NCBI RefSeq assembly: GCF_037902255.1
Contig: NZ_CP147990.1
Coordinates: forward strand, 1,320,001 to 1,352,000
Source of the DNA: Candidatus Electrothrix sp. GW3-4
GTDB taxonomy: Bacteria > Desulfobacterota > Desulfobulbia > Desulfobulbales > Desulfobulbaceae
Direction of reading: 5' to 3'
DNA: 32,000 nt
Part shown: positions 24,447 through 32,000 of the stretch, piece by piece
How the letters are laid out: every line of letters begins with the position of its first letter
Numbering within the stretch: the first letter of the stretch is position 1
The notes under the pieces: model-generated
Databases searched by the model: none
The model's input: the letters and a program-made list of their open reading frames with translations, nothing else
Told to the model about the DNA's origin: nothing
Translations under genes and position numbers: made by a program

Positions 24447-26266
24447 AACTGTTCCTCCTCTTTTTCCTCAGGCACTGATGTTCTGCCGACCGCAGCATTG
24501 GCAGCCTTGATTGACGCATCCAGGTCAAAGACCCGGATATCACTCTGTTCAGGGATCAGGGCCTCGTAGAGATGGGGAAAATTATCCAGCGTGTTGAGGA
24601 TGGGGTGGGGCGCAGTATGGCCCAAACCGCATTTGGTGGTCTTTTCCATGACCGTGCTCAGTTGGCGCATGGCAGTCAGATCTTCCCGTGTGCCCTGCCC
24701 CTGCCTGATGCGGCGCAGGGTATTACGCAGTATCCAGGTCCCTGCCCGGCAGGAAGAACAGGAACCGCAGGACTCGTCAGTGAAGAACTCCATAAAATTA
24801 TCAATAATGGCCAGCAGATCATGCTGTTTGCCGATGATAATGATGGCACCGGCTGAGGGGCAGCCCTCAAAGCTGATTGGGGTGTCCTTGGCTTCAGCAT
24901 TGAGGCACTGACCCGAAGGGCCACCTACCTGCACGGCCTGTGGATCTCTGGCCCCGGCCATCTCCAGCAACGCACCAATGGTAATGCCGAACTCCACTTC
25001 GTAGATACCGGGCCGGTCGCAGTCTCCAGAGATGGACAGCACCTTGGTACCTGTGGATTCCTCGGTCCCCATATGGCTGAACCATGCAGCCCCCTTATCG
25101 ATGATCTGGGCCGCAGAGGCAAGGGTCTCTACATTATCAATGACCGTGGGCATTGCCCGGTAACCGCTTTGGGCCGGGAAGGGAGGGCGGTTTCTTGGCT
25201 CACCCCGTTTGCCCTCAGCAGATTCCAGCAGGGCGGATTCTTCGCCGCAGACATAGGAGCCTGCTCCCAGCTGGACCCGGATATCAAAATCAAAACCTGC
25301 CTTGCCTGCAATCGCTTTGCCCAGCAGGTTATCGGCCCGCATCTGCTCCAGCACCTGTTCCAGATATTCCCTGAGATAGGTGTATTCTCCGCGCAGATAC
25401 AGGGAACCGGTTGTGGCCCCGACCGCATAGGCACAGAGAGCCATGCCTTCAAAGAGGAGTTCCGCCCGTTCGGTGAGCAGTACCCGATCCTTAAAGGTGC
25501 CGGGCTCGCCTTCATCGGCATTGGCCACCACGCAGCGTTCCGGCCCTTGGGCCTTGGCGCAGAAATCCCATTTCATGCCCGTGGGAAAACCCGCTCCGCC
25601 GCGTCCCCGTAACTTGGAGGCATTGATCTCCTCTAACACCTCTTCCTTGGACAGGGTGACGCATTTTCGCAGGGCAACGCCAACCTCGTAGGGACCTAAA
25701 CAGACCGGACCAGCCTTTTGGATATTATTGCGGACCATCGAGCCGATTGACGGGAGGCTGTTGTTGCCGTCCCCGTATGCTCTTTCTTTGCTCGCCATGT
25801 CCTGGACTGAGACGCCTTCTTGCATGTCTTTGATCAAGGCTCGGGCCTTTTCCGGGGTCAGGCTGGTAAAGACGACATTGTTGATCAGGGCAGCGACCTC
25901 TTGATCGCCCATGCCGATATCTGCTGTAACAAAGAGGCCGATGCGGCCATCTTCGGTCACTGAATCAATAGGACAGCCTGCGGCCTCGCTGAAAGCGGTA
26001 GCAACCGCCTCATAGCCCTGCATGATGGCGACCGGTCCCTTATTAAGGTAGATGGTGTATTCCCCGCGTGGTGTCTCGGAAAGGAAATGGTAAAAGGAAA
26101 CAGTTTGGTGGATATCAGCCCAGGACAGACCCACTTCCTGGGCCAGCTGCCGGGCCGCATCATCGGTTATGCAACGCTCCTGGGCCTGCACATCAATGAG
26201 TATGTCGAGCAGCCGGTTCGGGTCGTTATCATACTTTGCAGCAAGAGCGGCAATGTGTTCGGACAT
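24443..26266 (-). CDS. hoxF: Diaphorase NAD(H)/FMN-binding subunit (NuoE-like N-terminus fused to NuoF-like core)
   Basis: GRGGAGFPTGMKW, the C-terminal ESCGSCSSCR 4Fe-4S motif, and a NuoE-like N-terminal ~150 aa with only two Cys. Confidence 0.9.
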   Translation of the reverse strand: MSEHIAALAAKYDNDPNRLLDILIDVQAQERCITDDAARQLAQEVGLSWADIHQTVSFYHFLSETPRGEYTIYLNKGPVAIMQGYEAVATAFSEAAGCPIDSVTEDGRIGLFVTADIGMGDQEVAALINNVVFTSLTPEKARALIKDMQEGVSVQDMASKERAYGDGNNSLPSIGSMVRNNIQKAGPVCLGPYEVGVALRKCVTLSKEEVLEEINASKLRGRGGAGFPTGMKWDFCAKAQGPERCVVANADEGEPGTFKDRVLLTERAELLFEGMALCAYAVGATTGSLYLRGEYTYLREYLEQVLEQMRADNLLGKAIAGKAGFDFDIRVQLGAGSYVCGEESALLESAEGKRGEPRNRPPFPAQSGYRAMPTVIDNVETLASAAQIIDKGAAWFSHMGTEESTGTKVLSISGDCDRPGIYEVEFGITIGALLEMAGARDPQAVQVGGPSGQCLNAEAKDTPISFEGCPSAGAIIIIGKQHDLLAIIDNFMEFFTDESCGSCSSCRAGTWILRNTLRRIRQGQGTREDLTAMRQLSTVMEKTTKCGLGHTAPHPILNTLDNFPHLYEALIPEQSDIRVFDLDASIKAANAAVGRTSVPEEKEEEQL

Positions 26267-26512
26267 AGGTTTCTCCCCCTTTTGAAGAATGGCTTAAAAA
26301 GCTCTTGTATGGTACCACGCTTCTTTTTTTTTGCAGTAAAAAATGATAATTCCGTAAAAAGTCAGAAAAGAGGACAGCGCTAACGGCAACTCAATATGTT
26401 GCGAGGTGAATTTGGCCAAAAGGGGACTTCTTATGAAACCAGCAAAAGAAAAGGGCATGAGATCTCGCCCTGTTCCGTGTTGAACAGGTAGGGGCTCCAA
26501 CTGTTTATCTCG

Positions 26513-26722
26513 TCAGGGCCTGTGGGCGCTGTATCCTGCCTTGGTAATGGCCTGGATAACGGCGTCCGGTTCACCGCCCTGGACAGAGATCATGCCGTCT
26601 TCCAGGTTGACCGTGGCTGCTGTTACGCCGGGGACAGACTGGGCTGCTTCGGTTACAGCGGCCTCGCAATGTTTACAGCTCATACCTTTGACAATGAGGG
26701 TGTAGAAAGATGGGTCAGTCAT
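26513..26722 (-). CDS. Heavy-metal-associated (HMA) domain metallochaperone, CopZ-like
   Basis: 69 aa with GMSCKHCEAAV (MxCxxC). Confidence 0.85.
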   Translation of the reverse strand: MTDPSFYTLIVKGMSCKHCEAAVTEAAQSVPGVTAATVNLEDGMISVQGGEPDAVIQAITKAGYSAHRP

Positions 26723-26783
26723 GGGATTCTCCTGGCTTGAGGTTATAGGTTTCGTTATGAAATACCCGGGCAGGTGCCCTGAG

Positions 26784-27614
26784 TTACTTCATCCATTCAA
26801 GGGCATTGATTGCCGCGTCACGAACTTCGAGACTTGTATCTTCCTGAAGGACCTTTTGCAGAAGAGGAATGGTTGTTTCATCTTCTAATTTCGTCAAGGC
26901 CCATACCGCTTGCATCCTCACCCTGCTGCTCTGATGGGTTAACATCGTGGCGAGTTGTTCTGTTACCTTTTTATCCCCAATCTCCCCTAGGGCCCAAACA
27001 GCTGCTTCAACAAGGATGGTGTTTGAGGTTGATTGGATGGCCTTGAGTAAGACAGGGATCCCCTGGGTGCTTCTCAGCATACCAAGGGCGTTTGCCGCAT
27101 CTTTACGGATAATCTTGTTTTCAGAGCTGTCAGCAACCGTCTCAAGGGCCAGAGGGATTGCCAGTCTGGATTTCATACGACCGAGGGTATAGATGGCACT
27201 GCCCCGTAGGTTTGCTGAGTTTTGTCGGTCTTTAAATGCCGTTTCTAATTCCAAAACAGCAGGTTCTCCGATCAAAGACAGGGCCTTGCTACTGGCATTG
27301 CGCACCTCTATTTCTTCATCATCCAGCAGGGCGATTAAAGCTGGCACGGCATCTTTGCCGTAAAGCGACAGGGTGATGGCGCTGAATTTACGTTCTTTGG
27401 CATTCTCTGACCCAAGTTGTGGGATCAGTTTTGAAATTTCTTTAATGCTGGCAATTTCCATTTGAGAAACAGCCTGTTTATTGGTGATCTCCAGTTTTTT
27501 ACTATTATAGGTGAGGGTCACGACAATACTTGCAGAGGCAATGACGACCGAAGAGAAAAAGGTCGAAACTCCTTTTAAAATACCGCTGTGTGAGGAACTA
27601 TCATTATTTTCCAT
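26784..27614 (-). CDS. HEAT-repeat (PBS-lyase-type) protein with an N-terminal transmembrane anchor
   Basis: The hydrophobic segment is VSTFFSSVVIASASIVVTLTY. Repeated motifs include EVRNASSKALSLIG, IRKDAANALGML, RVRMQAVWALTKL and EVRDAAINALEWM. Confidence 0.8.
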   Translation of the reverse strand: MENNDSSSHSGILKGVSTFFSSVVIASASIVVTLTYNSKKLEITNKQAVSQMEIASIKEISKLIPQLGSENAKERKFSAITLSLYGKDAVPALIALLDDEEIEVRNASSKALSLIGEPAVLELETAFKDRQNSANLRGSAIYTLGRMKSRLAIPLALETVADSSENKIIRKDAANALGMLRSTQGIPVLLKAIQSTSNTILVEAAVWALGEIGDKKVTEQLATMLTHQSSRVRMQAVWALTKLEDETTIPLLQKVLQEDTSLEVRDAAINALEWMK

Positions 27615-27738
27615 AATGTAACCCTACATTTTGCAAGCTTGATGATACATCTCTTCTCCTTGTCTGTACTGGCACCCCATTTGGCTGGAGGAAGAGGGGG
27701 CAGTCATGGGGTTCTCCAGGGTTGATTTTGCGACTCCG

Positions 27739-27766
27739 GTAAGGGAACGGCACGCCGTGCCCTTAC
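27739..27766. terminator. REP-like hairpin gtaagggaacggcacgccgtgcccttac immediately after the stop of the DUF1566 gene
   Basis: A member of the same palindrome family as 187-214. It abuts the TAA at 27767-27769. Confidence 0.6.
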
Positions 27767-28702
27767 TTACTGCGCCCTGCATAGTCTGCAAAAGCCTCCG
27801 GGCACGGTGCCGGAAGACCAATAGATCCGGCCCTGGGCATAATCGACAAACCAATAGCCAGTCGGGGCGCGGCGGGCATTGGTAAAGATAAACGGCTGTT
27901 CCTTGGAGAAACAGGGATGCAGGTGCATTCCCTTTGCATTAGCTGTCGGTTCCAGCAGGGACATGGCCTCTTCCGGGGAGGGCATGCGCCAATCATGAAA
28001 ACCAGCAAAGCCTGCGCTGTTCAGTTCCTCAATTCTCGCTTTCATGGTACGGATTGAACAGAGATCAAGCCCGGCTTGCTGCCAAAGCAGGCCGGTACGC
28101 TCGTCAAAGACCGTGTGTTCGTCCCCGCTATCGACTAAAATATTGGCAAAGTTGCCCTGCAGATTGAGCCGAACATCGTAGAAATTCCCGTCTCTGATAA
28201 GCAACTCGACCTGTTCTTCTGTCAGGGCACGCGGTTCCGAGGGCAGGAGGATCTTTTCACCGGTGAAGCCGCTGCTTTTCTGAGACGGGAGCGGTTCTCC
28301 TATATCCTCGGCTTCGGGCTGGGGCGCAATCGTCAGCCGGAGATACGGGCTGTCCTCCCGTTCCACGACCTCATCCAGCAGCCACTCCTTGAGGGTATCG
28401 TCAACAGGGAAATTCTCTCGGGTGGATGCCTTGGCTCCCTGCCGGTGAATGCAATTGAGCACGATTTCCTTGGGTGCCGTGATTTCCGCCAGAATATGCA
28501 CATACCTGACCCCGCGCTCCATGAGGCAGAGCTTCGGTTCATCCCCCCAGTTATCAATAAAGAAATAACAGGTTCGTTCCTTGGTGCTGATCAGCTCCTC
28601 CCGCAGACCTTTGGCGGAAAAGGTGCAGAAGGCGAGATCCGGGGTCATATCCCAATCAATGGTTACCACCTGTGTATCGCTCAGCTTTACTCTGTTTAAC
28701 AT
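27767..28702 (-). CDS. Protein with an unknown N-terminal half and a C-terminal DUF1566 (Lcl C-terminal-like) domain
   Basis: GFAGFHDWRMPSPEEAMSLLEP...YWFVDYAQGRIYW matches the DUF1566 signature (xxDWRLPTxxEL). It lies 50 bp downstream of the Roc-COR gene. Confidence 0.7.
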   Translation of the reverse strand: MLNRVKLSDTQVVTIDWDMTPDLAFCTFSAKGLREELISTKERTCYFFIDNWGDEPKLCLMERGVRYVHILAEITAPKEIVLNCIHRQGAKASTRENFPVDDTLKEWLLDEVVEREDSPYLRLTIAPQPEAEDIGEPLPSQKSSGFTGEKILLPSEPRALTEEQVELLIRDGNFYDVRLNLQGNFANILVDSGDEHTVFDERTGLLWQQAGLDLCSIRTMKARIEELNSAGFAGFHDWRMPSPEEAMSLLEPTANAKGMHLHPCFSKEQPFIFTNARRAPTGYWFVDYAQGRIYWSSGTVPGGFCRLCRAQ

Positions 28703-28752
28703 GAGCTTTTCTCCCTATCGGGTACGGAGGTTCGAGGAAATTCCGAGTGCTT

Positions 28753-31323
28753 TCATTTCAACAAGGCAAGAATGCCCTTGATGGTAGTTGTCACTGGCGC
28801 AGCCATTCCTGCGCAGGCTTTTGCGGCTTCGATCAATCCTTCTGCACTCAATTCATACCATTTCTTTCGCGGGGACTCCTTGGTTACCTCTTTGACAAGG
28901 CTATCCAGATCTTGAGCTGCCTCTTTTCTTTTATCTTCTGGCAATTGAGGGAGCATTTGTTCAACTTGCTGACAGAGGCGTTCCAATTCAGCTTTTAAGG
29001 CTGGCTCGGCATCAGACTGGGCAACGGTGTTAAAACTGTCTTTAATTTCATTTGAACCTATAATTACATTAGAGCCATCACCAATGTTACCAACGGTGTA
29101 GCTGTTGCCGTTCTTATTTGTTTCACCAGACATAATATCGCCCTCCATCTTATCAATATTGTATATTATTTTTCCATCATTTCCCCGCCGATACGTTGAC
29201 CTCGCCTCTCTGGGCATAATCTGGAGGATTTTATGAAGATCAAAGGTGCCATCTTCATGATCATATTCCGTTCGGCCCTTTTCCTCCATTGCCAGCAGTT
29301 GGCGAAAATTTGCTTGGATTGGTTGATCAGAGCGACGAAAGGACAGCGGCGGATCACCGATTCTGCTGGCTTCCGGCACAATGACGAACTCCTTAAAGCG
29401 GAGTTCCGGCATCCGTTCCAGGATTCTTCCCAGGTCATCATAAAGGATTTTGAAATAGTCGTTGGCCTTGGGGCCGCGTAGCCAGAGGGCCAGCTTGCGG
29501 TCGTGGTAATCCACCTGGACCAGGGCCTCTGCGCTTTCATCCTTGCGCTGGAGGACAACCCCGTTCTGCCAGACCAGCTCCTCCTTGATCTCATCATGGC
29601 GACCCACAATGAAGTTGGGCATGATGTGGCGGGGCAGGAAGCCGGTAAAGTCGAACTCAAAGGCAAGACTGTCCTGTTTATCAAAACCGTGCTTGGGTTG
29701 GTCAGAATCCAGCAGGGCCGGGATGATGATCATGTCCGGTTCATGGCGGCAGGGGAAACAGAGCTTGAACTGCTCCATCGCCTGAATGATGATGGCCGCC
29801 TTTTCCTCGGGATAGCTGAGTACATTGCCCAAGTTGTCCTCAACCTTAGCGGCACTGAGGATGCGGACAATCTCGTCCCTGTCCACCCTGCCCTGCTTTT
29901 CCCTGGCCTCTTTGGAATAGAGCAGGGTATAGACGCCATAGGTCAGCCAGCGCGGGTTGAGGATGTAGCTGTCCAGAGCAGCCAGTTTGGGGAAATGGAC
30001 AATAACGCCGAGCTTGTCAAAGAGGTCCAGGAGCCAAGCCTGATTGAGGTCGCCCTGCTCGGCAAGCCCTTTGTCAGCGCAGAGATCAAGCCAGTCGGTT
30101 TTGGGGAGAAAGGATTCCGTGCCGGAACGGTCGGACAGCTCGTCCAGCACGGCGAGATGGGCCTTGCCAAAGCGGACGGTATGCACGCCGAGTTCCGCGA
30201 CCTCCTTACTCAGGTCTTTTTGGAATCGCTGAAACTCCAAGGCATAGTTGTTTTGGTATTGAGTACAGGAGAGCGGGTAAAAATCGAGCACGTTCTTATG
30301 CTTTTCCTTGAGCCGGGCCATGTCCAGGTTGACCGCACAGAGATCGGCCTTGTTGCCGACCAGCATAACCGGGGCCTTATTGCCGAAAGCCCGCACATGT
30401 TCCAGCCAGTATTCGGCCTGCTCATTGGCGTTGATCTCGGTACGTCCGTCCAGGAGGAGGACATAGAGGCAACGGGAGCGGAGAAAGAACTGGTGGGTGG
30501 CGTGGGCCACGACCTGGCCGCTGAAGTCCCAGAAATGGGCCGTGATTTCAGTGTCCGGCACCTGCCAGGTGGAGATGTCTATGCCCGGTGTCATTTTTTC
30601 TTTGCCCTCATCTACCTCCAGGCCGTTCAGAGCGCGGATGAGGGAGGTCTTGCCTGCCTCGCCATAGCCGAGAAAGATGACGCGGACGCGGTTGAGGGCA
30701 CCGGCGGCATTGCCAAGGCTTTTCAGGTAGGCGTTGATGTGTGCGGGTTCCTGGGCAAGGATTTCTTCCGGGAGATGGGCTACTGCTTCGAGAAATTCTT
30801 TGTCAGTAGGTATTCCCTCAATGCGTCCTTGGAACCAGTCTGCCCAGATGTCAAAGCCGTTGCCGTAGTCGCGGAGAACTTGGACGAATTCTTTAGCTCG
30901 CTGATGCCAGTTTTTTTTGGGGGAAGCATTGAGCGGTTGATAGAGATAGTCGAAGACAGTCTTACCAGTGTTAATATATGTTTTAAGAAAGGTTAATTCT
31001 CTTACGTTGTCGAATGGGTGTGTGTCATCGGTAGCTGGAAAAAGCATTGGAAAGGAAGCAATTAAAATGCTTAAGAACTCTCTATCGCTTTTATTTAACG
31101 ATACAATCAATTCAGAAGAAGATAAGTTTTTCTTGTATCCTCTAACAATTCCAACACTGCTGGGTTCAAAATGTATAGCAAGTTTGAGTTTACTAAATAA
31201 ATACTCTTGGGGTGTTAGCTGCTGTATGTCTGCTAATGAATACGCAGCAACACGAGTTGTATAGGCATGTAACCATCCCTTGGGCAACTGCTCCAGTTCT
31301 TTTTCTATTTCTTCTCTGTTCAT
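28753..31323 (-). CDS. Roc-COR family GTPase (856 aa) with an unknown N-terminal module and a Gly/Asn-rich plus helical C-terminal tail
   Basis: G1 is FLGYGEAGKTSL, G3 is WDFSGQ and G4 is VGNKADL. The COR-like sequence is ILNPRWLTYGVYTLL. No LRR, WD40 or kinase domain is evident. Confidence 0.85.
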   Translation of the reverse strand: MNREEIEKELEQLPKGWLHAYTTRVAAYSLADIQQLTPQEYLFSKLKLAIHFEPSSVGIVRGYKKNLSSSELIVSLNKSDREFLSILIASFPMLFPATDDTHPFDNVRELTFLKTYINTGKTVFDYLYQPLNASPKKNWHQRAKEFVQVLRDYGNGFDIWADWFQGRIEGIPTDKEFLEAVAHLPEEILAQEPAHINAYLKSLGNAAGALNRVRVIFLGYGEAGKTSLIRALNGLEVDEGKEKMTPGIDISTWQVPDTEITAHFWDFSGQVVAHATHQFFLRSRCLYVLLLDGRTEINANEQAEYWLEHVRAFGNKAPVMLVGNKADLCAVNLDMARLKEKHKNVLDFYPLSCTQYQNNYALEFQRFQKDLSKEVAELGVHTVRFGKAHLAVLDELSDRSGTESFLPKTDWLDLCADKGLAEQGDLNQAWLLDLFDKLGVIVHFPKLAALDSYILNPRWLTYGVYTLLYSKEAREKQGRVDRDEIVRILSAAKVEDNLGNVLSYPEEKAAIIIQAMEQFKLCFPCRHEPDMIIIPALLDSDQPKHGFDKQDSLAFEFDFTGFLPRHIMPNFIVGRHDEIKEELVWQNGVVLQRKDESAEALVQVDYHDRKLALWLRGPKANDYFKILYDDLGRILERMPELRFKEFVIVPEASRIGDPPLSFRRSDQPIQANFRQLLAMEEKGRTEYDHEDGTFDLHKILQIMPREARSTYRRGNDGKIIYNIDKMEGDIMSGETNKNGNSYTVGNIGDGSNVIIGSNEIKDSFNTVAQSDAEPALKAELERLCQQVEQMLPQLPEDKRKEAAQDLDSLVKEVTKESPRKKWYELSAEGLIEAAKACAGMAAPVTTTIKGILALLK

Positions 31324-31345
31324 ACGGCTTCCTTCAAACCAGCCT

Positions 31346-31373
31346 GTAGGCTCACGACGTGTCGTGGCCCTAC
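31346..31373. repeat. Degenerate REP-like palindrome gtaggctcacgacgtgtcgtggccctac
   Basis: It has the same cctgtagg...ccctacg frame as 181-217 and lies 23 bp upstream of the Roc-COR start. Confidence 0.65.
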
Positions 31374-31437
31374 GATGGCAGATAATACGTGACAGACTTT
31401 TTGATGTTATCTACCCCAACGGGGTTATATATATCAG

Positions 31438-31500
31438 CCCGGGGTAACACCCTGGGCACCGGGAACAGAATCTCTCTCGTACTCGGGGTGTTACCCCGAG
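31438..31500. repeat. Pair of oppositely oriented GGGGT-AAC/GTT-ACCCC hairpins
   Basis: cccggggtaacaccctggg (31438-31456) and ctcggggtgttaccccgag (31482-31500), the same family as 228-246 and 358-374. Confidence 0.75.
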
Positions 31501-31750
31501 TTGATGAAATATACGCCTTTCAGGCGATGAATTGCCCGTACAGGTACATTGCGTAATCCAAGCCAACCGCGACCAAACACTCGCCCGCTGCCGGTAAGTC
31601 TATTTTTTATGTAAAAAGATATATTACTTAGATCTCCAGGTATATTTCTTCTACTTCGAGATCAAAAAAATACACCTGGAAATACTTTGATTATACCTTT
31701 TTATATATTTTTTCTTTGAGAAGGTAGATGGAGACTATCTTCTTGTCCCC

Positions 31751-32000
31751 TCACTCATCAGATAATCGGCAATAGTCTATCACCTCATCCCCGAATTGCA
31801 CCAAATCATCCAGTTTCTTGGTGATCACCTCAGCAACAATATCGATATCGATTTTCTCATACTGATGCACGGCAAAATTACGAAAATGGGCCATCCTGCC
31901 AAGGGATTCCGCCAGTTCTCGATCTATAACCCTATGTTCACCCAGCCGTTGAAAACTGTCTCGACTGCTTGTCGGAATGCCCAGCTTGAGCTGCCGGACG
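31751..32000 (-). CDS. HEPN-domain (DUF86/HepT-like) protein, C-terminal 82 aa; the 5' part lies outside the window
   Basis: Manual minus-strand translation gives ...LAESLGRMAHFRNFAVHQYEKIDIDIVAEVITKKLDDLVQFGDEVIDYCRLSDE*. RNFAVH is the Rx4H HEPN motif. The entry is absent from the track because the ORF has no start in the window. Confidence 0.75.
   Translation of the reverse strand, partial: VRQLKLGIPTSSRDSFQRLGEHRVIDRELAESLGRMAHFRNFAVHQYEKIDIDIVAEVITKKLDDLVQFGDEVIDYCRLSDE

Noticed and set aside
26294-26500. The 68-aa ORF upstream of hoxF
   Set aside because: It lies in an AT-rich, homopolymer-containing intergenic region with no RBS and no motifs. This is more likely the hox promoter/leader region.
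21651-30996. Plus-strand ORFs antisense to the hox and Roc-COR genes (21651..22481, 23736..24569, 25073..25612, 29503..30996)
   Set aside because: The same shadow-ORF reasoning applies. The opposite strand encodes unmistakable hydrogenase and GTPase motifs.
31635-31680. Inverted repeat tccaggtata...tacacctgga upstream of the Roc-COR operon as an operator
   Set aside because: It has only 7-8 bp imperfect arms with a ~28-nt spacer in AT-rich DNA, which is within chance expectation.

Overview
GC values are by-eye estimates from sampled lines. This looks like a high-GC (~60%) bacterial chromosomal segment, coded almost entirely on the minus strand. It is a patchwork of conflict and defence loci surrounding one housekeeping operon.

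Left to right:
- A hairpin- and repeat-dense intergenic region.
- A 1260-aa CHAT protease / NB-ARC-type STAND NTPase / TPR protein, preceded by a 23/24-bp tandem array and a small hydrophobic-tailed protein.
- An EndoQ-like PHP nuclease fused to a UvrD-like helicase.
- A vapBC pair, bracketed by a diverged duplicate of the PHP gene's 5' end.
- An IS630-family element with an A8 frameshift site.
- A repeat-delimited set of small cassettes of unknown function.
- A ~40% GC plus-strand SspB/C/D + SspE-like DNA phosphorothioation defence operon. Its right edge truncates a hepT toxin gene and leaves mntA intact.
- A hoxFUYHW NAD-linked [NiFe] hydrogenase operon.
- A CopZ-like metallochaperone and a membrane-anchored HEAT-repeat protein.
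- A Roc-COR GTPase plus DUF1566-domain gene pair.
- A partial HEPN (DUF86) gene at the window edge.

The best candidates for uncharacterised systems are the CHAT-STAND-TPR locus with its array, the Roc-COR/DUF1566 pair, the EndoQ-UvrD fusion, and the leader/small-ORF cassettes at 11.1-13.2 kb. All functional calls rest on motifs read by eye. No database search was run.
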